This document shows positions 59,441-64,000 of a stretch of 64,000 nt of DNA, one piece after another. The stretch's first letter is position 1. Each line of letters begins with the position of its first letter. The notes under the pieces were generated by a model. It saw only the letters and a program-made list of their open reading frames with translations, made no database searches and was not told the origin of the DNA. The DNA lies in NCBI GenBank assembly GCA_039815375.1, contig JBCBZJ010000004.1:160001-224000 (forward strand), in the 5' to 3' direction. This stretch comes from Verrucomicrobiota bacterium (GTDB lineage Bacteria > Verrucomicrobiota > Verrucomicrobiia > Opitutales > Coraliomargaritaceae). Position numbers and translations under genes: made by a program.

Positions 59441-60760
59441 TTATTTTTTAATTCGTATGCCCATACGCAGAGTCTTCGAGTCGACCTCGCCCGGGTAAGC
59501 GTAATTCTCCATCTCGGGAGGACTGGTTATCTCGTAATCGTATCCAGAAAGCAAATACCCAAGAATCAAAGGCATCTGGATGCGAACCAAGTTCATCCCG
59601 ATGCAGGTATGCGACCCACCACCAAAAGTGCCGTGTGCATTTCTCGGGTAGTTGTGATCCAACCAGCGGCCAGGATTAAAAACAAAAGGTTCCTCATAGA
59701 TCGAATTGTCGAAGTGCATCAGACTCGCCAGATGCAGGCAGTTTGTTCCTGCGCCTATCGGATAGCCGAGAAATTCAATGTCCTGGGCAGGCACTCGCGG
59801 TAGAACCGGAGCCGCCGGAAACATGCGCTCCGTTTCAAGCAAGGTCGCTTTAAGCAGCGGGAAATGCTTCATTCCTTCGGCCAGCCTATGAGCATCAAAG
59901 TCACCAATTTCTTCGCGCAGCCTGGCAGTCCACTCGGGATTGAGGCTAAGCGCATGCAAGAGATAGCTTGTCAGCTTCGAAGTATTGCCAGTGCCGGCAA
60001 TCAGCAGCAAATACGTATCATAGATCAGCTCTTCTTCGCTCAGTGGATCGATCGCAGAACTGGTTTTTTGCTGAATGACTTCGTCGAGTAAATCCTCAGG
60101 ATCGTCACGTTCCAGTCGCGCTTTGACGATTTCGTGCAGCTGAGTCAGGACAACGTTTTTCACGTCCAGATAGGAAGCGCGGTTGTAAATCAACTCACGC
60201 TCATGCCTCTTCATAAAGAGTGCACCGATGAAACCTTCTTCAAAATCCACCATCCGCTCGATTTCCTCTTCGGAAAAAACAGCTTTTACTGAGCTGCGTG
60301 CCTGCGCCCGTGTCAGCATTTTCATGAGCTCATGGTGCGATTCCACTTCCTTCCCTTCGATCGCGGCGAGTCCCTCTTGTATCGTCTCTGCGGTAGCGGC
60401 TATACTGGACATGACAGAAGAATTCTTGAAGCCCTTGTTGAGAAGGCGGCGCTTTCGGCGGTGCGGCTCGCGGTCCAGCTGAGTAAGATGCAGTTCGCTC
60501 AACTCCTCGCGAAAAACAGCAACGGCTTGACCATAGCTCCAGTTGTCCGGCGTGCGCCAAGCCACCTCATTGGCATCGAGTCCGGAAAGGATCACAAAAG
60601 TCTCACCGTTCACTTCGGTGGTAAAAACCGAGCCTGCTTCACGATAAGCCTCGAGAAAAGACTCAGCCGTATACCCACGAAACTGGATCGGCGTTTTCGA
60701 GCTCTCTTTACTGTGACGGACAAGTTTATCACCCGGAAAGTATGCAACTTCTTTGACCAT
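59441..60760 (-). CDS. Cytochrome P450
   Basis: FGGGSHTCIG heme motif, ETER (ExxR), FNPGRW, I-helix AGTGNT. Confidence 0.92.
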   Translation of the reverse strand: MVKEVAYFPGDKLVRHSKESSKTPIQFRGYTAESFLEAYREAGSVFTTEVNGETFVILSGLDANEVAWRTPDNWSYGQAVAVFREELSELHLTQLDREPHRRKRRLLNKGFKNSSVMSSIAATAETIQEGLAAIEGKEVESHHELMKMLTRAQARSSVKAVFSEEEIERMVDFEEGFIGALFMKRHERELIYNRASYLDVKNVVLTQLHEIVKARLERDDPEDLLDEVIQQKTSSAIDPLSEEELIYDTYLLLIAGTGNTSKLTSYLLHALSLNPEWTARLREEIGDFDAHRLAEGMKHFPLLKATLLETERMFPAAPVLPRVPAQDIEFLGYPIGAGTNCLHLASLMHFDNSIYEEPFVFNPGRWLDHNYPRNAHGTFGGGSHTCIGMNLVRIQMPLILGYLLSGYDYEITSPPEMENYAYPGEVDSKTLRMGIRIKK

Positions 60761-60761
60761 T

Positions 60762-62108
60762 CTATATGCCCTCCTCGTGAACCAACTCAGCGGGTTCGCC
60801 CTTTCTTAAATATACCAGATTCATAATGACTGCAGTTAGGCCGCCAGTCGCCACAGACGAGCTCAAGACGCCGCGCAAGAGCGGCGGCAGGCTCTCCACC
60901 AAGGCATCTTGACTGGGTATCCCGAAGGCCATGCCGAGACTGATAGCGAGAACCAATACTTCCTTACTGCCGATTGGCACCTGATTAATCATACGAAGAC
61001 CAGCTCCAGCGATCAGGCCAAAGAGCAGCAGAGTGACGCCGCCCAACACCGGTTTGGGGATCATCGAAAAGAACACTCCCGTCTGCGGCAGAAGTGCACA
61101 GAGAATGAGAATGCCCGCGACGTAAAAACCCACTTGTCGACTGCCAACACCTGTCAGTTGAATAACACCATTGTTCTGAGAGAACGTTGAGGTCGGAAAG
61201 GCGGAAATCAGCGCCGCCAAGGTCGAAGCAATCGCATCCGAAAAAATACCGCCGCGTAGGCGTTTCCAGAAACGCTCACCTGTGGTCTCCATTCCCGAAA
61301 GACTCGCCGTCGCACTCAGGTCGCCGATCGATTCGATCGAGGAAACCAAATAGATAATGGCAAAGGGCAAAAGGAGCTCCCACTTGAAGGCGAGTCCGGC
61401 TTTCAGTGGCTCGGGCACGATCAACCAGTTGCCCTCTCCAACATCAGGCCACTGCAGCAATCCGAAAAGCGATGCAATGGCGTAACCAATCGCAATCGCC
61501 AGCACAGGACCACAAATGCGAAGCATGGGCTTACCTAAAATCTGAGTCAGCAAAAGAATCCCGACAACGACGCCTGCGAGCAGGCAATTCTGGCTCCAGA
61601 TGATTTCTCCTTCAGCACTTGGTGACGCGATGTAGTAACCTGCGACCGGGATCAGTGTCAGACCAATCAAAAGGACGACGATCCCGGCAACCATGGGGGA
61701 AAAGAGTCGACGCATACCAGGCAAAAAGAAAGCGAGTGTAAACTGGAGCGGAACGGCCGCGAGCGTCATGCCACAGGCCAAAGCGATTCCGCCCTCACTG
61801 CCTGACCGAAGGAGCAAATCGAGGTAGGCAAAACTGGTTCCGTTAACCGAAAGAAGCCCGGACCCAATCGGTCCGAGGCGAGCTGCCTGCAGTAAGGTGC
61901 CAACGCCAGCCGTGAGGAGCGACATACTGATCAGATAACGCTGCATCTCCGGCGCAAGCTCGACCACGGAAATGAAAATCAAAGCTGGCGTAATACAGCC
62001 AATAAACATGGCCACGACCTGCTGCAAAGCCGCCAGTAAGGCTTTGGGTGCAGGCATAACACTATCGTGTGGATAGAGGAGTTCTGTCTTCGGAGAGGAA
62101 GCCTGCAC
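60762..62108 (-). CDS. NCS2/NAT nucleobase:cation symporter, xanthine-permease-like
   Basis: NAT motif TFSQNNGVIQLTG, GTSFA, ESIGDL. Start could be the ATG of MPAPK instead. Confidence 0.9.
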   Translation of the reverse strand: MQASSPKTELLYPHDSVMPAPKALLAALQQVVAMFIGCITPALIFISVVELAPEMQRYLISMSLLTAGVGTLLQAARLGPIGSGLLSVNGTSFAYLDLLLRSGSEGGIALACGMTLAAVPLQFTLAFFLPGMRRLFSPMVAGIVVLLIGLTLIPVAGYYIASPSAEGEIIWSQNCLLAGVVVGILLLTQILGKPMLRICGPVLAIAIGYAIASLFGLLQWPDVGEGNWLIVPEPLKAGLAFKWELLLPFAIIYLVSSIESIGDLSATASLSGMETTGERFWKRLRGGIFSDAIASTLAALISAFPTSTFSQNNGVIQLTGVGSRQVGFYVAGILILCALLPQTGVFFSMIPKPVLGGVTLLLFGLIAGAGLRMINQVPIGSKEVLVLAISLGMAFGIPSQDALVESLPPLLRGVLSSSVATGGLTAVIMNLVYLRKGEPAELVHEEGI

Positions 62109-62119
62109 AAGCCACTCTT

Positions 62120-62135
62120 AGCAGGTTCTTTACCA
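62120..62135 (-). promoter_or_regulatory. Candidate sigma-54 promoter for the minus-strand permease-P450 operon
   Basis: TGGTAAAGAACCTGCT (GG-N10-GC); imperfect -24 element. Confidence 0.35.
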
Positions 62136-62191
62136 GCTTAGCAGAAGAACTCTACCAACATCAAATGGCATGAAAACTGTTGTGTGCAGCT

Positions 62192-62962
62192 ATGCCCAAA
62201 AAAGCAAAGCGCCCCCTCATTCTCGTGCTCAGTGCGATGCCTTCGGAAATCAAAATCATTCAAGAAGCGCTGGTTTCGAGCAAAGCAGGCACTGTTTCCA
62301 TTTTCCCCTACCTTGGTGGCACACTGGGTGACTTTGACGTGATCAGCACTGTGACCGGAGTCGGCGTAACCAACGGCGCGATGTGTACTGCTCTCTTTCT
62401 TGAAGCGTTCAAGCCTGCTGCAGTCCTCGTCTCTGGCACGGGATCCCGCTTCAACCCAGAGGTCGATTGCGGCGATGTGATTCTCTCCAAACAGACCATC
62501 CATCACGCAGCGGGGAGCCTGACCGATGACGGAATGGTCTACCGCAAGGTGCGAGGGCCACTACCGGGCATGATGACGAACTACGCCTACAGGCCGGATC
62601 CTCATCTATTTAAGGAAGCCAAACGCATTGCCAAAGATTACACCGCTGAACACGTCACCGTGGATGGCGAACGCTACCGTCCCAAGGTCTATCCGGGCAT
62701 TGTCACGGCAAGCGATCTTTTCGGCATCAACCAAGCCAAGATCAATGACATGCGCACCAAACTGAAGCCTGACCTGATGGAGATGGAGAGTGCTGCAATT
62801 GCTCAGGTCTGCGACCACCTGGGCTACCCACACCAGATCTTCCGTGCGGGCAGCAACCGAACGCAACCCGACCCTGGCAACGACTACCGTAAATATGGTC
62901 AGAAAGCGGCAGCTTCGGCAGCACGTTGGACTGTGCACTACTTGAAGGAGCTGAAACTTTAG
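62192..62962 (+). CDS. MTA/SAH-nucleosidase-fold enzyme with Asn at the general-acid position
   Basis: SAMPSE, TGVGVTN, SGTG, MEMESAA, RAGSN. Confidence 0.85.
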   Translation: MPKKAKRPLILVLSAMPSEIKIIQEALVSSKAGTVSIFPYLGGTLGDFDVISTVTGVGVTNGAMCTALFLEAFKPAAVLVSGTGSRFNPEVDCGDVILSKQTIHHAAGSLTDDGMVYRKVRGPLPGMMTNYAYRPDPHLFKEAKRIAKDYTAEHVTVDGERYRPKVYPGIVTASDLFGINQAKINDMRTKLKPDLMEMESAAIAQVCDHLGYPHQIFRAGSNRTQPDPGNDYRKYGQKAAASAARWTVHYLKELKL

Positions 62963-62965
62963 CCG

Positions 62966-64000
62966 ATGTTGGGCCTCAACATACGACGCGGTGATTGGGA
63001 CGGATTTATCGCCGCTTTTATCAATAATCTGGTTCAGTTGCTGATCGTCGCACCGCTCTGCCTCGGAGTCCTCGGCTTTTCCGCCGAGCTCGTCATCGGT
63101 CGAATCCTTCCCGGTATGGCGGTTTCCTTTTTAGTCGGAAATCTGTACTACGCCTACCTCACCAAGAAGCTGCAGCGAGAAAACGGACGAAATGACATCT
63201 GTGCCCTGCCCTACGGGATCAGCACGCCGGCTGTGTTTGCCAACATCTTCCTCATCATGCTCCCAGCGAAGCTTATCGCTGAAGCCAACAATCTCCCGGA
63301 TCCTGAGCTTACTGCCTGGCGTGCCGGGCTACTCGCTTGCTTCCTTGGTGGCTTGATCGAATGCGCGGGTGCCTTTTGCGCGGCTGGACTACGCAAACTC
63401 GTGCCGAGGGTCGCCTTAATCAGCACGCTCGGCGGGGTGGGCCTCGGTTTTCTGGGTATGGCATTTCTCTTTCAACTCATGGAAGCGCCGCTAGCGGGCA
63501 TACCGGTCTTCTTTCTGGGCATGGCGCTCCTAATCCGACCCTTCAAATTACCCATCTGGCTACCCGCAACAGCCATCATCCTTGTTGCGGGGACTACACT
63601 CGGCTGGCTCACTCAAGCGGCCCCGGTATCGACCTTGGGCCTCGCCCCGCTCTCGCAGATAAATCTACATTTACCGCTACCAAACCCGAGCGACTTAATT
63701 GCTTCGTTTCAGGGCACAGAGCTGGCAACGACCCTCAGCGTGGTGCTTCCGATTTCGCTGCTGGGCGTGATCGCCTCACTCCAAAATATTGAATCTGCAG
63801 CGGCTGCCGGAGATGCGTTTCCCGAGCGCCCGTGCCTCATCGTGAATGGGCTCGGGACGCTTGCAGCCTCCTTCTTCGGATCACCTTTCCCAACGTCGAT
63901 TTACATCGGCCATCCGGCCTGGAAGAAAATGGGGGCAGGTTACCACTACTCCGTCCTCAACGGATTGGCTATCGCATTCGTCTGCCTGAGCGGGCTGCTC
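62966..64000 (+). CDS. NCS2-superfamily (xanthine/uracil/vitamin C) permease, runs off the window
   Basis: Not in the ORF track. Manual translation MLGLNIRRGDWDGFIAAFINNLVQL...ALPYGISTP...QNIESAAAAGD...GSPFPTSIYIGHPAWK. Confidence 0.8.
   Translation, partial: MLGLNIRRGDWDGFIAAFINNLVQLLIVAPLCLGVLGFSAELVIGRILPGMAVSFLVGNLYYAYLTKKLQRENGRNDICALPYGISTPAVFANIFLIMLPAKLIAEANNLPDPELTAWRAGLLACFLGGLIECAGAFCAAGLRKLVPRVALISTLGGVGLGFLGMAFLFQLMEAPLAGIPVFFLGMALLIRPFKLPIWLPATAIILVAGTTLGWLTQAAPVSTLGLAPLSQINLHLPLPNPSDLIASFQGTELATTLSVVLPISLLGVIASLQNIESAAAAGDAFPERPCLIVNGLGTLAASFFGSPFPTSIYIGHPAWKKMGAGYHYSVLNGLAIAFVCLSGLL

Overview
Bacterial chromosomal window, mostly about 50-57% GC by eye. Gene content and style suggest Verrucomicrobiota (Opitutae/Puniceicoccales-like); this is inference, not a database result. 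Most of the window is housekeeping: hsp20, rpsU, yggS, lipB/lipA, pyrD, ffh, pntAb/pntB, tgt, ribH-nusB-ftsY-aroB, an HtrA protease, aroC, PPi-type PEP carboxykinase, trpF, a Gld-like ABC/DUF4340/AsmA operon, a photolyase operon, aroQ and a SNF2 helicase. Two regions stand out. (1) About 8.4-15.4 kb is an eroding, integrase-less array of integron-like gene cassettes: one clear attC site and several degenerate ones separate co-oriented, more AT-rich ORFs, including a panB homolog, and one attC is interrupted by a palindromic element. (2) About 56.1-64 kb is a tightly coupled divergent cluster of two NCS2 nucleobase permeases, two MTA/SAH-nucleosidase-fold enzymes with complementary Asp/Asn specificity residues (one a predicted lipoprotein), a DUF985/cupin_5 protein, an NhaC-family transporter and a cytochrome P450 lacking the canonical acid-alcohol pair. 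Region 2 is my best candidate for an undescribed purine or modified-nucleoside scavenging pathway. I found no tRNA, rRNA, CRISPR array, transposase or integrase. All family calls come from motif recognition by eye.
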